Positions 26,876-36,883 are shown, numbered from the stretch's first letter. The stretch: DNA of 49,243 bases from an uncultured Christensenellaceae bacterium (GCA_964509795.1 CAZDZB010000002.1:1-49243), one strand, 5' to 3'. The notes: generated by a model from the letters alone, not told the origin. Made by a program: numbers and translations.

Positions 26876-28927
26876 ATGCTGGATAAATCAATTGATATAT
26901 TAAAAGGTATAGGCGAGAAAAGAAAAGCCTCTCTTAACGCTTATGGAATTTATTCTATAAGAGATTTGCTTTACCATTTCCCCTATAAATATAAGGATAT
27001 AACACAAAGGGAATTCTTTGCGGAAAAGATTAATGAAGAAGAAATAGTATCTTCTGTTAAGGTTGTAAGCACCCCATATTTCAAAAGGAAAAGCAGTGCA
27101 CTGAATTTTCTTTCTTTTTATGTAACCGACGGCAAAACAAAAGCAAAGTGTACCTTTTTTAACCAGCAATATCTTTTAAAAAACATTAATTTAGGTGATG
27201 AATTCATTATTTACGGTACTGTCAAAAAAGAGGGAAATGCTGTATCATTGGTAAATCCCAAAATAATCAGGCCCGATGAAAACACTCCTAATATACTCAC
27301 TCAATACAGGCTCCCCAAAAATATTAATCAAAAAAGCTTTATATCAGCAGTGAAGAAAGCCTTTGAAGCGGTAAATGCCAATCTTTCTGAAACGCTGCCA
27401 GAGCTGCTCAGGATGCATTACGGGCTATGCACCATAAATTACGCTATTGAACAGATACATTTCCCTAAAAATCAAAAAACTTTAGTTTCAGCTAAAAAAC
27501 GGCTTGCATTTGAGGAAATGTTTTTTTTCATGCTTGTTTTGAAAAGATTGCGCAAAAGCAATCTAAGCAAAAAAGGTATTATTTTAACTTCCACTGATGA
27601 ACACCTGGCGGTTTTCACAAACAGCCTACCCTACTCATTAACGAAAGCTCAGGTAAAAGTAATTGAGGAAATAAGAAAGGATTTTTCAGGTGAAAACAAA
27701 AAAATCCATATAATGAACAGGCTGCTGCAGGGGGATGTGGGCTGCGGCAAAACCGTTGTGGCAATGGCTGCAATATATATTGCGCACTCAAACGGCTTCC
27801 AGAGCGCACTGATGGCTCCTACAGAGATATTAGCCTTTCAGCATTACGAAGACTGCAGAAGCATTCTTGCCCCACTAGGCGTAAAGGTAAGCCTTCTGAC
27901 ATCTTCTATGAGCGCAGCAGAGAAAACTGCAGTAAAGGATGATTTGGCGTCAGGCACCCTTGACCTTATCGTCGGAACACATGCAATAATCCAAGGCGAT
28001 GTTCAGTTTAATAATTTAGCCCTGGCAATAACGGACGAGCAGCATAGGTTCGGCGTGAATCAAAGAGCGCTGCTTTCAAAAAAGGGCGAGGACTGCCATA
28101 TGCTTGTAATGTCCGCCACTCCGGTTCCCAGGACTCTGGCATTGATATTATACGGTGACCTTGACATTTCAACTATAGATGAGCTTCCTCCCGGAAGAAA
28201 ACAGGTGAAAACACGCCTGGTTGAATACAGCAAAAGAGATGATATGTACAAATATATCGCCAAAAACATAAGCCGTGATGAGCAGGCGTATATAGTGTTT
28301 CCATTAATAGACGAGTCTGAAAAGCTGGATGTCCTTTCGGCAACTGAAATATTCAACCAGCTAAAAGCAGGATATTTTAAAGACATAAATATCGGTTTAA
28401 TCCACGGCAAGGTATCCGATGAGCAAAAGCGCCAACTAATTGATGATTTTTCAGGCGGCAAAATCCGTGCCCTGGTCAGCACTACTGTCATTGAGGTGGG
28501 CGTAAATGTCCCCAGCGCTACTATTATGGTCATAGAAAACGGTGAAAGGTTCGGCCTGGCGCAGCTTCACCAGCTTCGAGGCCGGGTAGGCAGAGGCCAA
28601 AAAGAATCGTGGTGTTTTATTACAACAAAATCGCAAAACCAAACATCTTTGGAAAGGCTGGCAGCCATCATACAAACAAATGACGGCTTTGAAATAGCAC
28701 AGAAGGATTTGGATATGCGAGGGCCCGGACAGTTCATAGGAATGCGCCAGTCAGGGCTTTTGGACAAAAGAGTAATTGCCCTAATCAGCGATTATGATTT
28801 GGTAAAGATGACAAAACAAGCTGTTAAAAAAGCTGAGGACGGCGATTTCGGCGACTGCATCGGTGAGCTTCACCGCCAGGCCGCCATCAAATACGACAGA
28901 CATCTGCACGATATCGTGCTTAACTAA
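26876..28927 (+). CDS. recG: ATP-dependent DNA helicase RecG
   Basis: 683 aa. Wedge/OB N-domain. Walker A GDVGCGKT, DEAH-type ITDEQHRFG, motif VI QLHQLRGRVGRG. Confidence 0.93.
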   Translation: MLDKSIDILKGIGEKRKASLNAYGIYSIRDLLYHFPYKYKDITQREFFAEKINEEEIVSSVKVVSTPYFKRKSSALNFLSFYVTDGKTKAKCTFFNQQYLLKNINLGDEFIIYGTVKKEGNAVSLVNPKIIRPDENTPNILTQYRLPKNINQKSFISAVKKAFEAVNANLSETLPELLRMHYGLCTINYAIEQIHFPKNQKTLVSAKKRLAFEEMFFFMLVLKRLRKSNLSKKGIILTSTDEHLAVFTNSLPYSLTKAQVKVIEEIRKDFSGENKKIHIMNRLLQGDVGCGKTVVAMAAIYIAHSNGFQSALMAPTEILAFQHYEDCRSILAPLGVKVSLLTSSMSAAEKTAVKDDLASGTLDLIVGTHAIIQGDVQFNNLALAITDEQHRFGVNQRALLSKKGEDCHMLVMSATPVPRTLALILYGDLDISTIDELPPGRKQVKTRLVEYSKRDDMYKYIAKNISRDEQAYIVFPLIDESEKLDVLSATEIFNQLKAGYFKDINIGLIHGKVSDEQKRQLIDDFSGGKIRALVSTTVIEVGVNVPSATIMVIENGERFGLAQLHQLRGRVGRGQKESWCFITTKSQNQTSLERLAAIIQTNDGFEIAQKDLDMRGPGQFIGMRQSGLLDKRVIALISDYDLVKMTKQAVKKAEDGDFGDCIGELHRQAAIKYDRHLHDIVLN

Positions 28928-28945
28928 ATAACCGGAGCATAATAA

Positions 28946-29611
28946 TTGATGGAATATACACTTATAAAAAGCAAACGCAGGACAATAAGCATAATGATAG
29001 ATAAAGACGCCAAAATAATAGTAAAGGCGCCTGTCGCAGTGTCGCAGAAATATATTGATGAGTATGTTGCTTCAAAAAAAAGCTGGATAGAAAAAAACGT
29101 AAAAAGAATGTCGGAAAACGCTATTTTGCGACAGCCTAAAGAATATACAGGCGGCGAAGTTTTTATGATATTCGGTAAAGAATATACAATGTGCATATCC
29201 TCAGTTGATGATGAAATAAAAATAGTGGAAGACAGGATATTTTTCCCATCTGACTTTCTTGATGACCCTAAGCAGCATATGGTTGACTGGTATTTAGGCA
29301 TTGCTAAAAAATACATAATAAAGCGCGCAGAGCAGATTGCACAGCAGACAAACCTTAAACCAAATAAAATAAAAATAACTAAGGCCGACAAAAGATGGGG
29401 CTCATGCTCTTCAAAGAAAAACATCAATTTTTCATACAAACTTGTCATGGCCAATGAGAATGCCATAGATTATGTGATTATACACGAGCTTGCCCACTTG
29501 CTGCACATGAACCATTCACGGCAGTTTTGGGCAACCGTAGGCTCGCTGATGCCGGATTATAAGCAGCACAAAAAATATCTTAAAGATATTGAAGCTAAGT
29601 TTGTGCTGTAG
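28946..29611 (+). CDS. YgjP/DUF45-like (M48-related) zinc metallohydrolase
   Basis: 221 aa. C-terminal HExxH motif IIHELAHLLHMNHS, preceded by RWGSCS, typical of the family. Confidence 0.7.
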   Translation: MMEYTLIKSKRRTISIMIDKDAKIIVKAPVAVSQKYIDEYVASKKSWIEKNVKRMSENAILRQPKEYTGGEVFMIFGKEYTMCISSVDDEIKIVEDRIFFPSDFLDDPKQHMVDWYLGIAKKYIIKRAEQIAQQTNLKPNKIKITKADKRWGSCSSKKNINFSYKLVMANENAIDYVIIHELAHLLHMNHSRQFWATVGSLMPDYKQHKKYLKDIEAKFVL

Positions 29612-29614
29612 CGT

Positions 29615-30547
29615 TTAAAAAAGAGTTGTATAAATAATAAATCCTGCCAATGACATAAGCGTGCCTATGGAAAGAGTGTTTGCCACATAGGCCTTATCCT
29701 CTTCTGTAGGGTTATGCATAAACGCAGGGATAACAAAAGGCGCAGGCAAAATAAACATTACATACAGTGCCTTTGTATATATTTCATCCATACCGATTTT
29801 ATCAAATACAAGTATATTAATAATCGTAGCGAAAAGTAATGTCAGGGCAAATCTTATTACATTAGTTAAAATCTCAATTTTCATTCCCTTAAATGATAAT
29901 TTCAATCCGTTGCCTATAACAAGGCATATTAAAAATCCTGTAGGCGCTGATATTATTGTAAAAACACTTGAAAGCGTTTCATAAGCAGACGTTTCTTCAA
30001 ATCGCCATACTCCCATTATTGAAAGCGCAAGCCCTAAAACAATAGCCCACACTACGGGAGATTTGGCGGCTGTCTTGGCCGAAGTTATCAGTTTGCTTTC
30101 GTTTGAAGCGCTTCCTTCCATAGCCAATATTGCAGGAACCATTATGGTAAACACAAATGAAACCTGCCCGATGTCAACAATTCCGAATGTTGAATACATG
30201 TTTGAGCCGTATGCTGTAACAAACAAAGTATAGCCTATCATTCCCGCTTCAAATCCTGTCAGCATGAAAGGAAAGTATTTATTTTTAATTTTAAATATCT
30301 TGGCAATTGCCTTGCCCAGATTCATGAGTATCAGGCATGTAACATAAACTGCTGCAAATACAAGTATGTATTTCAGCTCAAATCTTATTTTAATAAATGA
30401 AGAAAAAAGGCCTACAGGCAATGTAACATTTACGACTAATTTCTTTAAATTCTCCGCCATTGAATCACTAAAAAAATTAAGCTTTGTCAGAACATAGCCA
30501 AGTATAATTACTACAATTATAGGTATTAATTTTATAAACATAGTCAT
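29615..30547 (-). CDS. AEC (auxin efflux carrier) family transporter
   Basis: 310 aa polytopic membrane protein. The N-terminus, IKLIPIIVVIILGYVLTKLNFFSD, is typical of the AEC family. Confidence 0.7.
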   Translation of the reverse strand: MTMFIKLIPIIVVIILGYVLTKLNFFSDSMAENLKKLVVNVTLPVGLFSSFIKIRFELKYILVFAAVYVTCLILMNLGKAIAKIFKIKNKYFPFMLTGFEAGMIGYTLFVTAYGSNMYSTFGIVDIGQVSFVFTIMVPAILAMEGSASNESKLITSAKTAAKSPVVWAIVLGLALSIMGVWRFEETSAYETLSSVFTIISAPTGFLICLVIGNGLKLSFKGMKIEILTNVIRFALTLLFATIINILVFDKIGMDEIYTKALYVMFILPAPFVIPAFMHNPTEEDKAYVANTLSIGTLMSLAGFIIYTTLF

Positions 30548-30695
30548 ATATTATATGAAAAATTCTCAAATGTAAACTTGTATTTTTATTTTTTTAGTGT
30601 ATTTTATACATTTAGTTTTTTTATTACTTAAAAGTTTCATGGAAAAAAAATAGAAATGATAGTATAATAAAAGAAAAAAAATAAAGAGGTATACA

Positions 30696-31487
30696 ATGAC
30701 TTGGTGGCAGGCGATTATTTTAGGATTATTACAAGGGTTGGGTGAGTTTCTTCCCATTTCTTCATCCGGGCATTTGGTTCTGTTTCAGAATATTTTTAAT
30801 ATAGAAGGCGGCGAACTAGTATTTGACGCTCTTTTGCATTTGGGCACGCTTATTGCGGTTTTTATAGTCCTATGGAAAGACATTTGGGCAATACTTAAAA
30901 AGCCATTCAGAAGAGTAACTTTAAATATTATTATAGCAACCATTCCGGCTGTTATAGTGGCGATTTTTTTTGAAGATTTTATTGACAAAGCCTTCGGAGG
31001 CTCCTATCTTGGCTGGGGCTTTTTGCTTACCGCATTGATATTGTTTTTGACCACAGTAGTCAAACAGGCATCAAGCGACAATGATTTAGACAAAATCACT
31101 ACTAAACAGACTATTGCTATGGGAATTATGCAGGCAATCGCTATTTTACCAGGGATTTCAAGGTCAGGTTCAACAATTTGCGGCGGCCTCTACACAAAAG
31201 GAAACAGAGACGCCGTAACAAGATTTTCATTTCTTATGTCAATTCCCGCAATTTTAGGCTCACTGGTCTTTCTTCTTAAGGATATTCTTGATTTAGGCTC
31301 AAGCGATGAAATTATCGGCTTAAATGTACTCTTAGGCATGGCAGCTGCTGCTGCTGCAGGCATATTGTCCCTTAAAGTCATGATTAACCTCGTGAAAAAA
31401 GGTAAACTTTGGGTGTTCGGCGTTTACGTGCTTGTTTTAGGCGCATTAGTGCTGCTTGATCAAAATTTCTGGCATGTAGTTTTTTAA
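30696..31487 (+). CDS. uppP: Undecaprenyl-diphosphate phosphatase UppP/BacA
   Basis: 263 aa. GLLQGLGEFLPISSSGH and PGISRSGSTI motifs. Confidence 0.92.
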   Translation: MTWWQAIILGLLQGLGEFLPISSSGHLVLFQNIFNIEGGELVFDALLHLGTLIAVFIVLWKDIWAILKKPFRRVTLNIIIATIPAVIVAIFFEDFIDKAFGGSYLGWGFLLTALILFLTTVVKQASSDNDLDKITTKQTIAMGIMQAIAILPGISRSGSTICGGLYTKGNRDAVTRFSFLMSIPAILGSLVFLLKDILDLGSSDEIIGLNVLLGMAAAAAAGILSLKVMINLVKKGKLWVFGVYVLVLGALVLLDQNFWHVVF

Positions 31488-31522
31488 TAATAAAGCGCAG
31501 ACTCGGGAGAATTATTTAAAAA

Positions 31523-32200
31523 ATGGCAATAAAAGCACTGACAATTGATTTATACGGTACGCTTGTGAAAGACAGCAATGTCCTTATGAGAGACATTTGC
31601 CAGAGAATCAACGCAAGTTCACGTGTTTTTGAATCAACTTCTGCACAGGTAAGCAAATCCTGGCTTGCGCTGTCGGTAGAATGCGCTGATATTTGCTATA
31701 ATGACAAATTCCTTCCTGAGCATGATTTAGAGCAGGTCATATTGACACGGCTTCTGAATCAATATAAAAGCCGCCTGGATCCTTTTTTGCTTCATGACGA
31801 AATAAGGTCTGAAGGCTCAAGGCCAGTTCTTTATGAAGATGCCAGGCTTTTTTTAACCAGGCTTCCCCTGCCCTGCTACATTCTTTGCAATGGGGACAGA
31901 AAGTCGGTTGAAAGCGCAGTTGAGTTTGCAGGGCTTAATGTCACAGGAATAATCTGTTCTGAGGATGCTAAAGCATATAAACCCAATTACAGGATATTTG
32001 AGTATGCTGTTGATACTTTGAAGCTTAACCCGTCGCAGGTGCTTCACATCGGAGATTCTGTAAACCACGACATAATACCCGCAAAAAAATACGGAATGAG
32101 AACCGTGTTGATAAATCGGTACGGGCAAAAGGTGCCGGAAAACCTTAACTGCGATATGGTATGCAGTTCACTGCTTACTTTACGGTCAATAATTAAATAA
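31523..32200 (+). CDS. HAD-superfamily hydrolase (haloacid-dehalogenase-like subfamily)
   Basis: 225 aa. Motif I IDLYGTLV (DxYGT type). Motif IV-like HIGDSVNHD. Confidence 0.7.
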   Translation: MAIKALTIDLYGTLVKDSNVLMRDICQRINASSRVFESTSAQVSKSWLALSVECADICYNDKFLPEHDLEQVILTRLLNQYKSRLDPFLLHDEIRSEGSRPVLYEDARLFLTRLPLPCYILCNGDRKSVESAVEFAGLNVTGIICSEDAKAYKPNYRIFEYAVDTLKLNPSQVLHIGDSVNHDIIPAKKYGMRTVLINRYGQKVPENLNCDMVCSSLLTLRSIIK

Positions 32201-32219
32201 ATTGGAGATATAGATGTAA

Positions 32220-33296
32220 ATGAAAAATGTTGTCCTTACAGGCGGTGGTACAGCCGGGCATGTGACCCCTAATTTAGCATTGATTCCGCTATTTAGAGAT
32301 AAGGGGTTTAGAATCCACTACATAGGTTCGGTTGATGGCATGGAGCGAAAAATAATAGAAGATGTAAATTATGTGCGTTATTACGGAATTTCTTCCGGAA
32401 AATTAAGGCGCTATTTCCATATCAAAAATTTTACTGACCCTTTTAGGATTTTAAAAGGCTTTTTTCAAGCAAAAAAAATACTAAAGCGCCTAAGGCCTGC
32501 TGTTGTCTTTTCAAAGGGGGGGTTTGTGACAGTTCCTGTGGTAATTGCCGCGAAAATGCTCAAGATACCGGTAGTAATCCATGAAAGCGACTTCACAAGC
32601 GGCCTTGCAAACAAGATTGCCCTGCCATTTGCAAATACAATGTGTACAACCTTCAAAGAGACGGCAGCAGCTGCCGGCAAAAAAGGAGTTTTCACTGGCT
32701 CTCCTGTACGTCCCAGCATTTTTGAGGGTGACCCGGAGCGCGGCAGAATAATATGCGGCTTCGAAAAAGGCCGGCCGATTATCCTGGTTATCGGCGGGTC
32801 AAGCGGCGCAGTGGCAATAAACAACTGTGTTGATGAAGCATTAGACGAAATGATAGAAAAGTATCAGGTCATTCATATTCGGGGCATAGCAAACATAAAA
32901 AAAGAACTTGAGGGTAAAAGCGGATACAGGCAGTTCGGCTACGTCGACGAAGAGCTTCCACACCTTCTTGCCTGCGCAGATGTCATTGTTTCAAGAGCAG
33001 GAGCAAATGCTATTTTTGAGTTTTCTTCACTATATAAGCCTATGCTGCTGATCCCATTGCCTGTAAGCGCCAGCCGCGGCGATCAAATGCACAATGCTAA
33101 ATATTTTGAGCAGCAGGGTTTCTGCAGAGTTCTAAGGCAGGAATTTTTGAATGTTACCACACTTATTGCAGGCATTGAGGAAGTATACAGCAAAAGATTT
33201 GAATTTGAAACAAATATGCGCGCTTCCGGCATGGGCAACGGACTTGCAAAGCTGTTTGAGGAAATTCTAAAGGCATCTAAAGAATATAAAAGGTAA
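32220..33296 (+). CDS. murG: UDP-GlcNAc:lipid I N-acetylglucosaminyltransferase MurG
   Basis: 358 aa. LTGGGTAGHVTPNLAL, GGSSGA, and the C-terminal DQMHNAKYF motif. Confidence 0.9.
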   Translation: MKNVVLTGGGTAGHVTPNLALIPLFRDKGFRIHYIGSVDGMERKIIEDVNYVRYYGISSGKLRRYFHIKNFTDPFRILKGFFQAKKILKRLRPAVVFSKGGFVTVPVVIAAKMLKIPVVIHESDFTSGLANKIALPFANTMCTTFKETAAAAGKKGVFTGSPVRPSIFEGDPERGRIICGFEKGRPIILVIGGSSGAVAINNCVDEALDEMIEKYQVIHIRGIANIKKELEGKSGYRQFGYVDEELPHLLACADVIVSRAGANAIFEFSSLYKPMLLIPLPVSASRGDQMHNAKYFEQQGFCRVLRQEFLNVTTLIAGIEEVYSKRFEFETNMRASGMGNGLAKLFEEILKASKEYKR

Positions 33297-33310
33297 GATG
33301 AGGTACTTTA

Positions 33311-33853
33311 ATGAATGATAAATTATCAGAAAAAACTATAAGCGAAAAAACTATATACGAAGGCTTAATATTTACAGTAAAGCAGAAGAAAGTTTTACTG
33401 CCCAATAATAATGAAGCCCTAAGAGACTTAGTCGTTAATCCAAATGCGGCTGCTATTGTTCCGGTTGACAAAGAAAACAACATAATTATGGTGAAGCAAT
33501 ACAGGACAAGTGCTGAAAAAATTATGCTCGAAATCCCGGCAGGCAAGCTGGATGAGGGCGAAACGACGTTGGAATGCGCAAAGAGAGAACTAAAAGAAGA
33601 GACAGGGTATTCTGCAGAAAAAATCGACTTTTTATTTGCTCCGATGGTATCTCCCGGCTTTTCAAGCGAACGCATACATATTTTTATGGCAACAGGCCTC
33701 ACGCCCGGAAATACTGCCCCTGATGAAGATGAGTTTGTTGAAACAGTAAAAGTAAATATAAGTGAAGTAATCAATATGATAATGTCCGGGGAAATAGAAG
33801 ACGGCAAAACAGTTTCAGGAGTGCTGGCAGCAGCAAGAATTTTAAAGGTGTAA
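33311..33853 (+). CDS. NUDIX hydrolase (ADP-ribose pyrophosphatase-like)
   Basis: 180 aa. Nudix box GKLDEGETTLECAKRELKEETGY. Confidence 0.85.
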   Translation: MNDKLSEKTISEKTIYEGLIFTVKQKKVLLPNNNEALRDLVVNPNAAAIVPVDKENNIIMVKQYRTSAEKIMLEIPAGKLDEGETTLECAKRELKEETGYSAEKIDFLFAPMVSPGFSSERIHIFMATGLTPGNTAPDEDEFVETVKVNISEVINMIMSGEIEDGKTVSGVLAAARILKV

Positions 33854-33854
33854 C

Positions 33855-35987
33855 ATGGATATTAATGAAAATAAATATGAAAGCCTGGAAGAGGCTGTAG
33901 TAGAAAAATTATCCGACTGGAAAGGCAAGATGCCGGATGAAACGCAGCTTTTAAAAAGCATTAAAAGCAGTATTGACATCAAAAGCTTTACAAAGCTTCT
34001 GAAAAAGATGGAAAAGCGCGGCAAGGTAATGCAGACCCCTAAAGGTAAATGGGCAATGCCGATTAATATAGGGTATCTGGCGGGTGTCCTGGACAGAAAC
34101 CCTAAAGGTTTCGGTTTCCTGCGGCCATTTGACGAAGGCTTTGATGATGTGTTTATAGCATCTCCCAATCTTAAGGGGGCCATGGATGGCGATACTGTGA
34201 TTGTAAGCCTCGTTACAAGGCCTGTTAAAGGTACGCAGAAAAGTGAAGGCATAGTATATAAAATCCTGAAAAGAAATCAAAAAACCATTGTAGGCCGCCT
34301 TGAGATAATTCCATCTGGAGGTTTTGTTATCCCTGATAACAATAAAAACCCGCATGATATATACATTCCCAAAAAGAAACTCAACCAGGCAAAAGACGGT
34401 GAAAAAGTCGTCGCAAAAATTGTATCCTATCCCACTAATAAACGTTCACCTGTAGGGGAAATAGTTGAATCCTTAGGAAGCGCTCAGGACATAGGAGTTG
34501 ACATTCTATCCATAGTAAAATCCATGGATTTAAGAGAAGAATTCAAGCAGAAAATCTTAAGAGAGTCAGAAACCTTATGTACCCAGAATCCCTCTGATTT
34601 CATAGAAGATAGGCTGGATTTACGTGATGAAATAATTTTCACAATTGACGGAACTGACTCAAAAGATTTTGACGACGCAGTATCTATAAAAAAGATTTCC
34701 AAAAGCATGTATCAACTGGGTGTTCACATTGCTGATGTGTCGCACTATGTTTCCACTGGCTCTTATGTGGACAAAGAGGCATATTTGAGGGCAACCAGCA
34801 TATATTTGATCGACAGAGTCCTCCCCATGCTTCCGGAGTGCCTTTCAAACGGAATCTGTTCGCTCAACCCGGGTGTTGACAGGCTGTGCTTAAGCTGCAT
34901 CATGGACATAAACAATCAAGGCGAAGTTACTAAATATTCTGTTGAAAAATCAATAATCAATTCAAAAGCCAGGCTCACCTACGATCAGGTTAATTTGCTG
35001 TTTGAAGGCGATAAAAACGTAAAAAAGCAGATTAAACATGTTTCAGACCAGCTTTTTGAAATGAATACCCTGGCAAAAATATTGAAGAAAAAGCGTATTG
35101 AAAGAGGCGCACTGGAGCTGGACATCGACGAACCCCACATCCAGCTTAATACCTCAGGTGTTCCGACATCAGTTTCGGCACGCACAAGGGGCGACTCCCA
35201 AAAGCTTATTGAAGAGTTCATGCTATGCGCTAATGAAACCGTAGCCGCGCACTTGAGCAACAGGAAAATGCCCTGCATGTATCGCGTCCATGAGCAGCCC
35301 GACACCGAAAAAATGCGGGAGTTCGGCAGATTTTCAAACAACATAGGCTACCACCTTAAAGGCAGCGCAGAAGATATCACGCCTAAGCAGCTGCAGTCAT
35401 TGCTCGATGACGTCAAAGGAAAGCCCGAGGAAGACGTTATACACAGAATTTTGCTGAGGACACTTCAGAAGGCTAGGTATTCGCCTGAGAATAAAGGGCA
35501 CTATGGACTGGCAAGCAGTATGTATTGCCATTTCACCTCCCCCATCAGAAGATATCCTGATCTTATCGTACACAGAATCTGCAAAGCAGTAATTGAAAAT
35601 GATGCTGAATATATCGGAAAAATAAGCAGTACAATACATGAAAAAAGCCAGCATTGCTCAGAAAAAGAACGTGAGGCAATGGAAGCCGAAAGAAAAGTTG
35701 ACGATTTGAAGATGACTGAATATATGTCATATCACTTAAATGAAGAGTTTGACGGCATAGTTTCAGGCGTCACAGAGTTTGGTTTTTTTGTTGAACTGAC
35801 AAACACCATTGAAGGCCTGGTCCATATGACAGAATTAACAGACGATTATTACATTTATATTGAAGATGGTTATATGCTGCAGGGAAAAAACACGAAGAAA
35901 ACATATAAATTAGGTGATAAAGTTAAGGTAGTGTGCATACGTGCAAATATCGCCGAAAGCAAAATTGATTTCAGCCTGGCAGAATAA
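33855..35987 (+). CDS. rnr: Ribonuclease R
   Basis: 710 aa. N-terminal HTH/cold-shock region, RNB catalytic domain (FTIDGTDSKDFDDAVS...HFTSPIRRYPDL), C-terminal S1 domain. Confidence 0.92.
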   Translation: MDINENKYESLEEAVVEKLSDWKGKMPDETQLLKSIKSSIDIKSFTKLLKKMEKRGKVMQTPKGKWAMPINIGYLAGVLDRNPKGFGFLRPFDEGFDDVFIASPNLKGAMDGDTVIVSLVTRPVKGTQKSEGIVYKILKRNQKTIVGRLEIIPSGGFVIPDNNKNPHDIYIPKKKLNQAKDGEKVVAKIVSYPTNKRSPVGEIVESLGSAQDIGVDILSIVKSMDLREEFKQKILRESETLCTQNPSDFIEDRLDLRDEIIFTIDGTDSKDFDDAVSIKKISKSMYQLGVHIADVSHYVSTGSYVDKEAYLRATSIYLIDRVLPMLPECLSNGICSLNPGVDRLCLSCIMDINNQGEVTKYSVEKSIINSKARLTYDQVNLLFEGDKNVKKQIKHVSDQLFEMNTLAKILKKKRIERGALELDIDEPHIQLNTSGVPTSVSARTRGDSQKLIEEFMLCANETVAAHLSNRKMPCMYRVHEQPDTEKMREFGRFSNNIGYHLKGSAEDITPKQLQSLLDDVKGKPEEDVIHRILLRTLQKARYSPENKGHYGLASSMYCHFTSPIRRYPDLIVHRICKAVIENDAEYIGKISSTIHEKSQHCSEKEREAMEAERKVDDLKMTEYMSYHLNEEFDGIVSGVTEFGFFVELTNTIEGLVHMTELTDDYYIYIEDGYMLQGKNTKKTYKLGDKVKVVCIRANIAESKIDFSLAE

Positions 35988-35990
35988 GCA

Positions 35991-36542
35991 TTAATCTTTT
36001 TCTTTTAGAGCAAAATTATAATAATCATATAAAGCATATATAATCCCATATATTAAGTGCCGGTTTATATATGCTGTTTTTTGCACTTCATTGAAAAGCT
36101 CCAAGCTATTTTCGATATATTTTAATTTTATCTTTAAGCTATTTGAATAAATTGATTTAAAAATGCAGTCACAGATTTCATTAAAATTAGCGTGAGATAT
36201 GTCTTCTGATAAAAATCCGAATTGCATCTGCGCAAACATTCTTTTCAGTATGCCTTCAAGATACAAATCCTGAACATTGTAAAATTTCATTTGAGGGCAC
36301 AAAAGAATTTCTTCTCTGAAAAAAGATCCTTCTGCCCTTAATATAATAAGCCCTTTTTCATTAAAAGATATATTATTTAGTTTAAAAACATCAGAATTTA
36401 TTAAATCTGTTCTAGAAATGTTTGTAATAAAGGTTTGCTTATCATACAAGATGTTTATCGGTTTTTCGCATAACTTTTCTAATAATGATTTATAATATTC
36501 AATTTGCTTTTCACATGGATTGTATTTTTTCAATTTAATCAT
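35991..36542 (-). CDS. Hypothetical cytoplasmic protein (no recognisable domain)
   Basis: 183 aa ORF with an ATG start. Visibly more AT-rich than its neighbours. Convergent with rnr across a 3-nt gap. Confidence 0.5.
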   Translation of the reverse strand: MIKLKKYNPCEKQIEYYKSLLEKLCEKPINILYDKQTFITNISRTDLINSDVFKLNNISFNEKGLIILRAEGSFFREEILLCPQMKFYNVQDLYLEGILKRMFAQMQFGFLSEDISHANFNEICDCIFKSIYSNSLKIKLKYIENSLELFNEVQKTAYINRHLIYGIIYALYDYYNFALKEKD

Positions 36543-36572
36543 AGCTGCTCTTTTACTAATAATATAATTCTA

Positions 36573-36600
36573 TTGACTTTTTCGTTCCTGGTGTTATAAT
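36573..36600 (+). promoter_or_regulatory. Putative promoter of tRNA-Glu
   Basis: -35 TTGACT (36573-36578), 16-nt spacer ending in TGT (extended -10), -10 TATAAT (36595-36600). The tRNA begins 13 nt downstream. Confidence 0.6.
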
Positions 36601-36612
36601 GTTTTGTAGCCC

Positions 36613-36687
36613 GCTCCCATAGTCTAGCGGTCAGGACGTTGGCCTCTCACGCCGAAAACAGGGGTTCGATTCCCCTTGGGGGTACCA
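36613..36687 (+). tRNA. tRNA-Glu (anticodon CUC), CCA encoded
   Basis: Manual cloverleaf. Acceptor GCTCCCA / TGGGGGT (with G1.U72 and U3.G70 wobbles). D arm GTCT-AGCGGTCA-GGAC. Anticodon arm TTGGC-CTCTCAC-GCCGA. 4-nt variable loop AAAC. T arm AGGGG-TTCGATT-CCCCT. Discriminator A, then CCA. Confidence 0.8.
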
Positions 36688-36688
36688 A

Positions 36689-36726
36689 AGCGATGTTTTA
36701 TTAAAAACATCGCTATTTTATTGTTT
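36689..36726 (+). terminator. Rho-independent terminator of tRNA-Glu (repeat copy A)
   Basis: 11-bp stem AGCGATGTTTT / AAAACATCGCT with loop ATTA, followed by ATTTTATTGTTT. Confidence 0.8.
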
Positions 36727-36845
36727 CGCGCGAAGCCCAGCGACAGTTGATTAGTAGAGTGAAACTCTACGGTTTGCAAAGCAAAAATCAACATTAAGCG
36801 GCGCAGTTTCACAATGTTCTTTATTTTTAAATTACTTATTTCCAA

Positions 36846-36883
36846 AGCGATGTTTTATTAAAAACATCGCTATTTCTTTTTTT
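36846..36883 (+). terminator. Second copy of the same terminator hairpin (repeat copy B)
   Basis: Identical 11-bp stem-loop, followed by ATTTCTTTTTTT. Confidence 0.7.

Noticed and set aside
28924-29466. Long antisense ORFs overlapping well-supported genes. This one, plus 33277-33807, 33842-34252, 33951-34355, 28060-28533, 9488-9847, 9937-10302, 32465-32824, 34985-35344, 37605-37970, 45612-45983 and others in the track.
   Set aside because: Each lies wholly inside a gene with strong family signatures on the other strand. The translations are Ser/Leu/Ile-rich and low-complexity, and RBS are lacking. This is typical shadow-ORF behaviour.
36624-36845. 73-aa minus-strand ORF.
   Set aside because: It runs antisense through tRNA-Glu, its terminator and the repeat, and has no RBS. 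It is an artefact.
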